A stretch of 64,000 bases of DNA from Paecilomyces variotii (taxonomy: Eukaryota). Positions 24,661 to 38,684 of the stretch are shown one piece after another. Each line of letters opens with the position of its first letter. Positions within the stretch are counted from its first letter, which is position 1. The notes under the pieces were generated by a model, which saw only the letters and a program-made list of their open reading frames with translations, ran no database searches and had not been told where the DNA came from. The stretch lies in the NCBI GenBank assembly GCA_004022145.1, contig RCNU01000004.1. One strand, given 5' to 3'. Made by a program: the position numbers and the translations under genes.

Positions 24661-27303
24661 ATGCCGGACGGTCGTCTATCGCGGCTGCTGAGGGCGAAGC
24701 TGCTGCGGCGATCGTCGACCTCCGCCGTGACCGAGAGAGCAAATAATGGGGCGGATCCGGACATCGAGCCCGACGGGAACTCGAGTTCCAGCTCGCTCTC
24801 CATCTCCTCTCCGCACTCGCGCCGCCAGGGCTCCCAGAGACCCCGTCCCTTTAGTTGCGCTTCGTCGCTGCCGGTCGATTCTCCTGGCGATACTGACTCT
24901 CCTGCCAGTCCTGCTGTCGACCCGGACGCCACCACCGGGCCGGTGCACGATCCCAGTGCGCACCAGGCAGCGCGCGAGGGGGCACTGGGAGCGCGTGCCG
25001 ACGGCCACGACTCGCACGTCGGCCAGAAAGCGACCAGAAGAAAGAGGTTCAGTCTTCGAGATCAGGTTCGAAGTCCAGGACGAGAAACGACCGGTTCCAC
25101 CGTCCCGCCAGACCGCGCCGGCTCTGCGCCCCGGACGCCCACTACCGATCCAGCTTTTACGCCCTCCTCGACCACGTCCATCTCGCGTCCGGTATCAGGG
25201 CAGTCGGACGCATATTCGACCGTCCAGGGTCGGGAACGAGCTGTCTACACTGGCCAGTCTCAATTGAGCCCTCCTACTGTCTCCGTGTCCGAGGCCCCGT
25301 CTCACTCGCAGTCGACCCCGAGGCCTCCTCTCGCACCCGCCACTCCAGGGAACTTCAAACGCCCCAGCATTGCTGTGCGACGGCAGTCCCTCCTCCCACT
25401 CTCCCAGCAGCATCTGGTCAAGAACCTGCTGGAGCCGGGGCTGCTGTCTCAGCACGGGGATCAGTTCTCGAACCCGTTCGCCACAGCACCGCCCGTGATG
25501 GTCACACGTAAGATATGGGTCAAACGACCCGGTGCGTCTGCGACGTTGGTGACTGTGTCGGAGGAGGACTTGGTAGATGACCTACGTGATAATGTTATGT
25601 GGAAGTATCCCAACTCGCTTGGGAAGAGTGTCGACTCCCCAGACTTGCTGATTAGGATTACACCGCGGGAGGGTTCAAACCGTCATGAACGATTACTGAA
25701 TCCGGAGGAGTCCCTGGTCGCCGTTATCGATACCTACTATCCCGGTGGACAGAGTGTACAAGAAGCACTGATCATTGATACCCCTCAGCGACGGACACCC
25801 AGGCCATCGCCCGGTATTTACTACCATCATTCAGAGCCAGGTGAACATGGGGAGTACTTTCCGCTGATGCCAGTTAATGTCAACGTCGGGACCCCTCCAG
25901 CACACGGATCCAGTGCTGTTTCTACGGGGAGCGGCGTAAGTGGTGTACATCAGACTCCCTCGATATCTGTTCTCACGACCGGAAAGGTGCCTCCACTACC
26001 GTCCCCAGGAGGTCGGTCTCATCGACACCAACGCCGGCCTGGTATTCTTCGTCATCCTACAAACTCCCCTACCCTTATTGCATCGGCAGCCGTGGCAAAA
26101 GGTATATTGATCACCAGGTTGTTTGCGCTTTCGAATATATGCTGATACTTTTTTTTCTTTCCTCTAGATGGCACTCCTAGTGTAAATGGTCAGGCTCCAA
26201 CACCTGCACCATCGATTCCGACACCGCCAGCACCCCCACCAGAGTCTCCTCAAGCTAAGAGTCTTACTCCTCCCGCTCGTGGGCCTTCTCCCCGCCCACC
26301 TCGGAAGCCCAAGAAGAACAACGGTGTAACATCCCCCGGAGCAGCTTTCGGTGGACTTATTGAAGGCACTGTCCCGCCGATTAACGTGCTTATAGTGGAG
26401 GACAATGTCATCAATCAGAAGCTCTTGGAGGCCTTTATGAAACGTCTGAGCGTTCGTTGGCAGTGTGCTCCGAACGGCGAAGTGGCTGTCAAGAAGTGGC
26501 GACAAGGCGGATTTCATCTTGTCTTGATGGATATTCAGCTTCCAGTGATGAACGGTCTGGAGGCAACGAAAGAGATCCGGCGGTTGGAGCGTCTGAACGG
26601 AATAGGAGTGTTCTCGAAGACCGCTTCGGGCCGTTCCAGCGCAGCTAGCACCACCGCAACTTCCCCTTCGGAGAATGGCCTACCTGGTTCCCAGAATCAG
26701 TTGAGGGAAGAAGACGTGCTCGAGGACCTGTCGCTGTTTAAGAGTCCTGTCATCATCGTTGCATTGACAGCCAGCAGCTTGCAGAGCGATAGACATGAAG
26801 CCTTGGCTGCTGGCTGTAACGACTTCTTGACAAAGGTGCGTATCTACCTCTTTACTCATTGCTACGGTCGATGCGGGTCTTGCTAACTGCTCTTCTAGCC
26901 TGTTGGATTCCCATGGTTGGAACAGAAGGTGACGGAATGGGGCTGCATGCAAGCTCTCATTGACTTTGAAGGCTGGAGAAAATGGCGAGGATATGCGGAC
27001 TCTGTCCCGTCAATTGGCGTTGCATCTGGCACCGCGGGCAGTCATATTGACAAGGCCGGCGAGCCCATGGCGAAGGCGATAAGCCCCCCTCCATCGACCA
27101 TAACCTCTCCGACGCGAGTAAGACATCGAGCGGCAAGCAGAAGCGGTACGGACAGTGCTCCTATAAGACCAACTGCGGCAGGACCTGTGCTCTCGTCTAA
27201 TAGTGGCAGTACAGGGACAGATTCGCCGGCCAGCTTTACCACGTCGGTGGAGAAAGGAGCAATGTCGCCCGATATTCAGGAATTGGATCGCGAGGACACA
27301 TGA
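24661..27303 (+). CDS. sskA: Two-component response regulator Ssk1/SskA (HOG pathway)
   Basis: KIWVKRPGASATLV...DLVDDLRD...KYPNSLG domain; receiver INVLIVEDN, LVLMDIQLP (phospho-Asp), IVALTAS, GCNDFLTKP; KVTEWGCMQALIDF; introns 26102-26167 and 26836-26898. Confidence 0.93.
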
Positions 27304-28151
27304 CGTGTCTCATGTGCCGTATAAGGAGTCTTTCTAGTCGTTGGTGGTATCTTTGCTTTCTCTTTTTTCGGTCGCATTTTTTATTTATATTTAGCATCAT
27401 GACCGGATACGATTCCCTTCCGGGGTATGATTTCAGATGCTTCCATCCATTCTGGGATTTTTCTTCCGTCTCCTATTATCTATCAGATACCCAGTACAGC
27501 AACTGTCTTTTCTGATTTTTCTGTTTTGTTGTTTTTTTCCAGTCTTACTCTGCATGGGCATATATATTATGTGGCGTGCATATATGCGCAATACTCACGT
27601 ACACGAAGAAAAAGAGTATTATTCTTGCGTCGCTGACTCAGCCTTTTTTTTTATCAATTGTTGTTTCACTTTTCTCTAGTTGTATGCAACCTATTTGTAG
27701 AGCATGGGATGTGATGGGGTCCGATTTCCGTATATGTAATTATCTGATAAAGATTAGGCATGGTTATAGATTATAGGGGACTATAATAATAGTTCCTACT
27801 GGGAAACAGCATATATGATTAAGCACCTGACTAGAAGCTCTGTATATTGACGAAGTTAGTTATAAATTCTAGTATGGATCTTAGAATAGCAAAACTACAT
27901 ATGTAATCTCTGAGCTATCGAGGCGATAAATCAGGACCTTCCTTCCATGCTACTGTGTAAGTATTGCTATTTATCCCAGAGACACTTCAAAAGACACTAA
28001 CTGCTGTAAAAATAAAATATAATAAATAAAGCATAACACATCGCGCCAGATAAGGCATATAGGTAATAGCACAGCTAACTATGTATGTACGAGTCATGAC
28101 CTATTATGTCGCAGCTTGGTAATAATATTAAGTATTATTAGTTAGTACGGT

Positions 28152-28186
28152 TGTCACGTCCTGATGGCCATTTCTTTTCTTTTTTT
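28152..28186 (+). repeat. 35-bp dispersed direct repeat, copy 2 (downstream of sskA)
   Basis: TGTCACGTCCTGATGGCCATTTCTTtTCTTTTTTT; matches 20257-20291. Confidence 0.9.
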
Positions 28187-30252
28187 TGAGATACCATGGT
28201 ACTAACTACAGTATAAATTTAAAAAAAGTTACTTAAACATGACGTATCTTTGAATAAATAAATAAAATAGATCGATGGACCGTGTAAAGAATAAGAAAAA
28301 AAATAGATAGATAGAAGAGTTAATTGTATAATGCTATAGCATCTGAACCCCCTTCCCCTCTCTCTCTCTCTAAGGATAAATAGAATGAATAGAGGTATGT
28401 AATAGCTTAACAGACTAAGAGGTAAGTTAAGTTCTGAATTTGGAGAATTCCCCTGGCAAGCTAGCTATTCAGCAGGAACTTTTATATTTAAAAAATCTAC
28501 AAGAACTACTCTAGTGGATCTTAATACATACTCCATGCATTTCGATATTAGATCTTCTACTACAACTGGTATATAACACCAATTACGCAAATACTCCACG
28601 GAGCAATTCTAATATGTGCGATCGTTCATATATATATACTCGGAGTCATCCTGATATGATATAATGTAATGTGATATTCATCGCTAAGATCTATCTATAT
28701 CTATCTATGGCTTGTACTTATTACAGCTCGAAAGGACCCAAGTAAACCACCACACACATACACCTAGCATGTTTTCTGACGAGGAATGAATTTATCTACG
28801 CGTCTATCTGGGATGATATCTCGAGAATTATTATACCCCGGCCTTCGTCGTCGGCATAGCTATGGTGGAGATCTCATTCCTCGTCTAGATGGAAGGGGAA
28901 GGGTGATCTTTCCACATTTACCTCATCGTCACGTGGGCGATCATGCTCTTCTCTGTACGATTATGGGCCTTTGGGCGTGGGCATATTGGTTCGGATATTA
29001 AAGTCATTGCAGAAGCAGCGAGGGGTGATACGTGATGATGCTGTGTGATCAGATCCATTAGGAGGTGTGGTTTTTTATTTCAACTTGAATTCAGATTTAT
29101 AGTAGGCTATAGATAATTAACTAATTAATCTATACCTTTTGTAGTGTATAGTAAAACTATATATATGTAATATAAATCAAATATATAAATACACAGGTGT
29201 ATAAGTACATTTCCAAAGCCTCTATCTACATCTCACACTGTGAGCAAGAATATAGCATTGATACTACTACAAACAGCAGCAAACACAACCAATATACACC
29301 ATATATAATACCATAGAGTAGGTATTACTCAAATCAGAGAGTAGTACCTACGCAGTATTCAGTCCCCAGAAATAAATACATACATAGTATCCACTACTGT
29401 TTCCAAATATAGAATCCTCCATAAACACCATAAATAACACCCCCTCATACTCCACTCCAGCCCTATGCAAAGGTAGATAAACTAAGAACGCCCCTCCCCC
29501 CTTCCCAGGAACTCTTTCTACCAGGACATGATGCTAGGGACGATCGACCCACCCTGCCAGGGTGGAAGATATTTCTGCCCCTGAAGTCCCGAGTTTGAGA
29601 CAATGGTAAGAACTGCTGATTTGCATGCCGGATGTATTATCCGCGGTGGGGGAAAGGGTCAAGGGGGCCACCTAATCTGGTGTAAGCTGCAAGGTGGTGT
29701 CTGATCGGGAGAGATGATCGTCGAGATCAGATTCGGATGTGATCCGATTCGGTTGTGGGACTTCGTTTATTCGAACTTCGTGCGACTCCATTTGAAGATG
29801 GATGATGTGTTGATGTTATGATTCTGTCCTCTGGAGTAGATGTCAGTCAATGGTGATGATGGAAGTGCTTGGGGAGGAGAAGGGGGAAACAGTGGTGTGA
29901 CTTCTCAGGTTCTGGATTGGGATGAGTAAATATGTTAGGGAATTGACTACAATTTTGCAGGACATTCAGAGAGAAGGGGATAGAATGAAAGGGCGATAGA
30001 CGCCAGGTCAGCGCGTCCCCACCGAGGCGAAAGACGGCTGCTCCGATGACATTTTGTATTAGGTACTAGACATGTATCTTGCACTAGTTCATAGGTCATT
30101 ACAAACATATAAGCGTAAATTTCCGTGGAGAAATCATAAAAGAAGGCGTTGTACATAAATTCAGATGGCCATAACACCCTTGACAAAGGAAAATCGTAAA
30201 AGCTTTTTTTTGTCTTTGTTTTTTCTTTTTTCTTTTTTTTCTTTTTCAATCC

Positions 30253-31368
30253 TCACGCATCTCGCCTTTTCGAGCTGCGCCAGACATTTCTGGGAAGGAG
30301 GTTATCCTTCAGGCAGGAGAGCTCGTTCTGAAGCATGTACTTCTCGTCCTGGAGCTCCTGGATGTACGCCAGCGCCTTGGTAAGGACCTCGGATTTGTTC
30401 TGCGTCTGCGTGCCATCCTTGAGGTTGGTCTTGATACCCTTGCTGTTCATGGAGCTGTTGGACTTGTTGGCACGCAGACTGGGGATGGCGTTGCCCAGAG
30501 CCATGAACTTGGCGTTCATGTTGGTACGGTACCGCTTCTCGACGGCGTTGTGGGCAGCCTTACGCTTGCTGGCAACAGTGTCCTTGGTGTCATCGGCTGA
30601 GTGGGAAGCACGAGAGGAACGCTGCGACGATTTTGATGATGAAGAGGATTTGGCCGACTGCGTCTGAGCAGGGCCCATCATTGGAGAGGGTAGATCACCG
30701 CACTCAGATATGGCGTGTGGGCTCAAGGTCGTCGGCTGGAGGGCTGGAGAGCCTGCAGTGATCTGCTCTGGCGTGACGGGAACCTCTCGACGCAGAGAAG
30801 TTGGACTAGCGAGAGGGGTGTGATGCGACTGGGAATCGAGATCTGACAGCACGGGTGACAGGCTGTTGCCGCTTTGGATGAGTGATAGCGATCCGCCTTC
30901 GCTGTCGAGGTCCTGTAGAGCGATTGATCGTTAGTAATGCGCGCAGTGCGAATCTCGCTAAAGAGGTGATCCACATACGGAAAAGATCGATCCGCAGGAG
31001 AGGTGACGGTCGTTCAGTTGGTTTTGATAAAAGACGGCCTTCGGGTTGGAAGAAGCAGCAGCAGCAGTGTTGTTCATGGAGGTATCCATGGAAAAGTCGA
31101 ATGCAAATGGGTCTTCAGTCGCATCCCAGCGGAACAGATCAGCGTCGCTCAAGGACTTGTCCGCATCAAGATAGTAAAGATCCGACAGCGTTGGAAAGTC
31201 GACGTCTGCAAGAGACATGCGATCTTCAAAGCACGGAGACATGTCCAGAGAATGTCTGTTTAACTGCATGCCACGAGAATAGTTGTCCTGAGAGACGGTC
31301 AGCACCCGATGTTTTTCTCAGGTAAGGGCGGGTGGCGCTGTAACCCCAGACTCAGGAGCACGTACCAT
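30253..31368 (-). CDS. srbB: SREBP-family bHLH transcription factor lacking a membrane anchor (SrbB/SclR-like)
   Basis: Exon 1 is only ATG (31366-31368); introns 31288-31365 and ~30913-30978; basic region KRKAAHNAVEKRYRTNMNAKF carries the SREBP-diagnostic Tyr; helix 2 KSEVLTKALAYIQEL; ends shortly after the zipper. Orthologue versus paralogue not resolved. Confidence 0.8.
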
Positions 31369-32080
31369 GGTCAAAGATGGTTGGAAATCAATTGATCCGC
31401 GAAAGCTAGGGGTTGAAATGACAAGAGGCGCACAGATCAGATGGAGAGACGTTCTGATTGTCAAGATATATCTGAACGGAGGGACTTTAAAGGGCCTTTG
31501 TGTGTTTGATAATACGAGAGAGAGAGAGTCGTGCTCAGGTCCTGGACTGGGACGGGGTGCAGGCAGGCGCTTCTTAAGTACAGGACGCAACGGAGCATGA
31601 CAGCCGTATCGAAGTCCCGACAGAACGGACGGCTCTGTCTGTCAGAACGGAGAGAGGTTGAGACTAAAGCAAAGCTGCTATCGTTCGGAGGCTGTTTCGA
31701 AAAGGAGCTTCCCCGCTGGATCTTGCCATGAGCGCAGTCTGCGGATTATTTGCTCCATGATCAACTTGTCCGAAGGGATCTAGATCAGCATCGAGGACGA
31801 CAGGGAGCTGGGATTGGAGCAGAACCCCTCCAGACGACTCCGGTCCTACCCGGCGACATCAGAAGTCCAGAGTACAGCATGCTAGTTACTCTACGGGACG
31901 ATACGTATTCGCATGTACGAGTAATCGCCCACAATTGCTGTTATTCGGCCAGCAGACAGGGGAGGAGCTGAATCGGATGTGCCGTGTTTGGAGCCGAGAG
32001 GACGGGGAGAACGAAGAGAGTGGTAACTGACAGAAGCAACGATGCTGTCGCCGTTGGGATCCAATCAGTGTGCAAGCTGG

Positions 32081-32168
32081 GATGCTAACAGAGAAGACTA
32101 AGCGATGCTAGCAGATGCTAAGGGATGCTAACTTGACGGCGAGATGCTAATTATGCTGATTGTGCTAA
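32081..32168. promoter_or_regulatory. Array of GATGCTA motifs upstream of the bHLH gene
   Basis: GATGCTA at 32081, 32104, 32114, 32124, 32143; variants ATGCTGA 32153 and GTGCTAA 32162. Confidence 0.5.
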
Positions 32169-33350
32169 ATCGATAGACTCTGGCGCTGATTATGAAAGCC
32201 AGCACTGGATGACTCAGCTCGTGGCGTGCGGCCGGTGCCGATGGTGGAGATCGGCCAAAGGTCGGCGCGTTGTTTCGCGGAGGGCCGGCTCGGGATCAGG
32301 AGAGCGAGAATCAGGCCAACATTATTCTTTTCCCTTCATTCATTCTCCTTCTGCTTCACCTCATCGGAAGCCACCGATCTCACGGCACTGCGCACCCGGC
32401 CGCCCAAATTGGCAACCTGACCATCATGGCATTGGCGACAGGGGGAACGAACCGACTGACTGGCGAACATCACTGCTGGCCAGGATAGGTGTTGTGCATA
32501 CATACCATATGCCAGATGGCATATCTACTCCATACTCTACACGACGTATACAACCAATCCTCTTTCGGTTGCAAAGAACGCGATGGATCAGTGTTAGACA
32601 TGATTTCCCCTGTCTGTTCGACGTCACGACTCAGGCGGTTCCGCGCGGACTGGCCCTCCGGATAATGACCGCCCTCCTAGATGGCGCCTGTTCTCGTTAA
32701 CCCCCCCGTCCTGTCCTCCTATCTCCAGCATCCCTTCGCATTGTTGGGAGACTCTAAGCTCTCATTAATCAATCAGTATGATCATGTGAGCATCCTGGCA
32801 ATGGTTGACCGTATGGGGATCGCGCGCTTAACGTTACTACAACTATCTACCATACGGTCGTTCGATCTGGACTCCTGTCAAACTGATCGCGGGGGCTTCA
32901 CGGACCACATTGAGGCGCCAACGGTGGAGACCAGGAACTCTGCCATCTCCACGAGGGACGATCAATGTCGCTGATCGGCTTATGTACGCCCCCGGAATAG
33001 CTGAGTCATCGGTTCTAGTCAACTTAGTTATCTCACTAGTTAACTTAATTAACTGGACATTACCGTGGATAGGTATCTATCATGGACATGAAGCTACAGT
33101 ACAGAAGTACGAAGCAGATGATGACTTGCGACGATGGAAGCGACCGGACCCATATGTTACAGTATAGAGTTGCATTATTATCTATGATCACTCGCATTAC
33201 GTGTAAAGACAGACAATTTGACTAGAGACTGAACCCTCTACAAGCCGCCCTGTAGCACGCTATCGGCCACTCCCCCAGACAGCATCCTTGCCCCTGCACA
33301 CCCGATCGCAACTTTGCCTAGGAAGACGGCCCTCATAAAATCCGAGCCGC

Positions 33351-34738
<1,388 letters not shown>

Positions 34739-35941
34739 TTTGTTTGAATTGACACCGGCTAAAGACGGCGAGGGGTTTCGTCACGTATTGTCACGGTAAG
34801 GAGTCGGGGAAAAGTATTCAAGAAGCCAAGGACCACTGAAACAGTGGATAGAGATCTGTGTCTGCAAACTATATGAGAGACGCAAGGTGCATGAGCAGAC
34901 CTACGAAGACAGGTACTGGCATTATCTATATAAGTCCTCGTCGATGAAACTACCCAACGTGATACGATACATTCACTGGTTGCTGCATCCGTCGTCCCAT
35001 TATTCAGGAGGGTGATATGATCACCCAACATCGATGGCAAGGGTCGTGGTGGTGGCTAAAAAGACAGCAGCCATTGCAACTTTCTGGGGGGGCCATGGAT
35101 CCCATCCTTGTGGTCTGACAATCCCAACAGATTTAGGCCCGAGACACGTCGTGTGTGCTTTCGTGTTTATTCTACGGTCTTGTTTGATCGTTCTAACCGG
35201 TCCTATTTGGAGTGACAGCGTGTGGACGCAATAGACTTATCGATCGCATCCTGTAAATAAATCGAATCTGACAGTTCGGTCCCGGCCGCTGCATGTGCGG
35301 AGATGGACAACCGCAAGGGTCTCAGGCGCTTATTTTGTCTAGACCTTGACATTGCAAGGGTCCAGTCTAGTTTGCGGCGTTTTGCCATGCATAAAGGATC
35401 TATGGGAAATAGCGCTTCGGACTTGGCCTACAGCTCGAGCACCTTGTGAGGTATGGTAGGCATTTTTATTATGATCTACCAGGTACATGCATTACTCTAC
35501 GATGGATTAGAAGAGTGTATTAGAGGCGGGGTCTTTTAGGCCCATGACAACTGACGGCTGCATGTTCAAGCGAGAATCAATCGGTCTGCTAAATTTACCA
35601 TCTGTAAAATAAAGCCGATGTTTCTCATTGGATCTCCCTTCACCCAGACACTTACCAACTTATGTTTAGCCAAAGCACACTTTAGCCGGAATTTCTAGGT
35701 ACCACGATCACGATCTCCGGGATGGATGCGATCCTCGATGAAAATCTCCGATACATACTGCACGCCACCTCGGCCGCAAGGAAAGAAAATATCCTAGCTG
35801 CATAGAGTATTACTTAATTGCCTAAAAATCATCCTCATGAGTACTACCATATTTCGCTGGGAGAACGGAAAGAAGACAAGCTAATGATTTTCGGTGTCCG
35901 TTTCATCACTAGTATCGTTCAACACTACTCATAGAGTATAA

Positions 35942-35968
35942 GCTTAGCTAGCTAGCTAGCAATCTAGC
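35942..35968. repeat. (GCTA)n microsatellite
   Basis: GCTTAGCTAGCTAGCTAGCAATCTAGC in the gpd-pdc intergenic region. Confidence 0.8.
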
Positions 35969-36635
35969 TTTGGCTATTAATTACCTACAGTACCATAATT
36001 ATATGCTACCTAGTTATCTATGTATTAGCTTCTCTCGGATCATCTCAACCGAACAGCTCACGCTACAGTACGATCGGGTTTTCCCGGCCCGACTCTGTGC
36101 AACTACGAAACATCCCGATTCCAACACCACAAGGATTTCTTTCCCGAGTCCGTTACGGGATAGATAGATGCCGTGTTTGAGCTGCGGTGAAACCGACGGA
36201 ACTTGCCATGAGGGATGTACCTATGTAAGACGGCAATGAGAGATACGATAGTTACCGCACATCGGAGCATGGACGCAGGAACACCATATGATGCGTACAT
36301 GATCCATGACTGGGCTTGCGTTCAGGATGAGATGATTGGGTGGTATGATTTCCAGGATGCTTAATATAGGCATGATCATGGTGGAGGGGCGCAAACAATT
36401 AGAGGTTGGGAATGGGATATTTAAAAGTAATATATGCTGATGAGGTGGGAATCAGAATTGGATTTGATTCACTACCTAATTCTTTTGATTCACAAAGACA
36501 ACTTCACATTCTAGTGAGATAGCAGTTAAGGAGATAGCGTTTATCTGGTGCTTACTGCTGCTTCGAACTATTCGTTTTTACATCTACTCGAGATCTGAAC
36601 AGACCCTATCTAGCTCTCCCCGCAATAGAAAAAAA

Positions 36636-38684
36636 ATGGCTACAGATATAAGGACCGCGGAGCTAAAGTCTCCAGTGGATATTGCGGAGTATCTTTTCAC
36701 GCGTCTGCGTCAGCTGGGAATCAAGTCGATTCAGGGTGTTCCCGGTAAGTATTCTCTATCATTTACTGAAAGTTCGATTTTATAGACTAGGTAACTAATG
36801 TTACTCTGACAGGCGATTATAACCTGGTTGCTCTGGACTACATCCCCAAATGTGGTTTGAAGTGGGTTGGAAATTGTAATGAATTGAATGCTGGTGAGTG
36901 CTTTTTTAATCGAAAAAAAAAAGCCAGATTCAACACCTCGAAAATGATTGGATTAGAGCTAATTATTACTTCTCTTGCGAACAGGCTACTCCTCAGACGG
37001 TTACGCTCGAATCAACGGTATTTCAGCTATCATCACGGCCTTTGGAGTCGGGGAATTATCCGCCATCAACGGTCTCGCAGGCGCCTATTCAGAGCACGTT
37101 CCTGTCGTCCACATCGTCGGTCAACCAAGCACCGTCTCTCAGAGAGATGCCATGCTCCTTCATCACACGCTTGGCAATGGTGATTTCAACGTCTTTTCTC
37201 AAATGAGCGCAAGCATCTCCTGCGTCGTGGCGAAGATCAAAGACGCATATGAAGCTCCCATCCTGATCGACCATGCGCTCCGCGAGTGCTGGATCCAGAG
37301 TCGACCGGTGTACATTGCTCTCCCGACAGATATGGTCCAGAAGAAAGTCGATGGAGAGCGTCTGAAGACGCCTATTGATTTGAAAGAACCGGAGAATGAT
37401 CCCGAGAACGAGGACTATGCAGTTGATGTCGTACTGAAGTATCTCCACGCGGCAAAGAACCCGGTCATTCTCGTTGATGCCGGTGCTATTCGTCACCGCG
37501 CACTTGACGAAGTGCATCGTCTGATGGAGGTCTCGAATCTACCTACTTTTGTCGCGCCTATGGGCAAGGGTGCCGTTGATGAAACCTTGCCCAACTACGG
37601 CGGTGTCTACGCCGGAGATGGCTCGAATGAGGGTGTGCGGGAACGAGTCGAAGGCGCAGACTTGGTCCTCAGCATTGGAGCACTGAAGTCTGATTTCAAC
37701 ACGGCCGGTTTCACCTACCGCATCAGTCAGTTGAACACCATTGATTTCTACAGTGATCGGATCCAAGTCCGATACTCGCACTACCCGCAAGTCAGGATGA
37801 AGGGTGTGCTCCGTAAGGTGATCGAGCGGATGGGCAAGCTGAACCTCCAACCTGGACCAGTCCCCTCGAACAAGGGACCCAATGGCAACTTGATCCATTC
37901 GAAGGATGTCCCCATCACGCACGTCTGGCTCTGGCCGGCTGTCGGCCGCTGGCTGCGCGAGAACGATATCGTCGTTACAGAAACTGGTACTGCGAACTTC
38001 GGGATCTGGGAGACTAGATTCCCGAAGAACGTTACTGCTATCAGCCAGGTTCTCTGGGGTAGTATCGGTTACTCTGTCGGTGCGACTTTGGGAGCTGCTC
38101 TGGCGGCCAGTGAACAGGGAAAGCACCGAACCATCCTCTTTGTCGGAGATGGCAGTTTCCAGATGACGGCGCAGGAAGTCAGCACCATGATCCGGCAGGA
38201 ATTGAACATTATCATGTGAGTAGTCTCCTATTGTTCCTATTATATCGATATGTGAGATATCCAATGCTGACTGCATAAGCTTCGTCATCTGCAATGACGG
38301 TTACACCATCGAACGCTATATCCACGGCTGGGAGGAACAATACAACGACATTCAACCCTGGAATAACAAGGACCTCGTTCCTGCCTTTGGTGCCAAAAAG
38401 GGCCATTACAAAACATACCAAGTTAGAACAGTCAGGGAGATTGAGGATCTATTCGCCAACGAGGAGTTCTCCTCCGCTCCTTTCTTGCAGGTGAGTTTAT
38501 ACTGCCCATCTTCTTTTCTTCAAGAAAAATAATACAGAATCTGACTGATATCCGGCTCTAGTTCGTGGAACTCTATATGCCCAAAGATGACGCGCCCATG
38601 TCTCTGAAGTATACTGCTGAGGCAGCAGCAAAGAGGAATGCGCAGCCAACGACAGCTATGGATGAAGCTTTGCTTCGGCGATGA
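36636..38684 (+). CDS. pdc: Pyruvate decarboxylase (ThDP-dependent)
   Basis: [45 protein letters not shown], ThDP motif GDGSFQ...NDGYTIER; 4 canonical introns; stop 38682-38684. Confidence 0.95.

Noticed and set aside
37539-38294. 251-aa antisense ORF (and similar antisense ORFs over gpd, doa1 and sskA)
   Set aside because: Shadow frames of well-supported genes caused by codon bias
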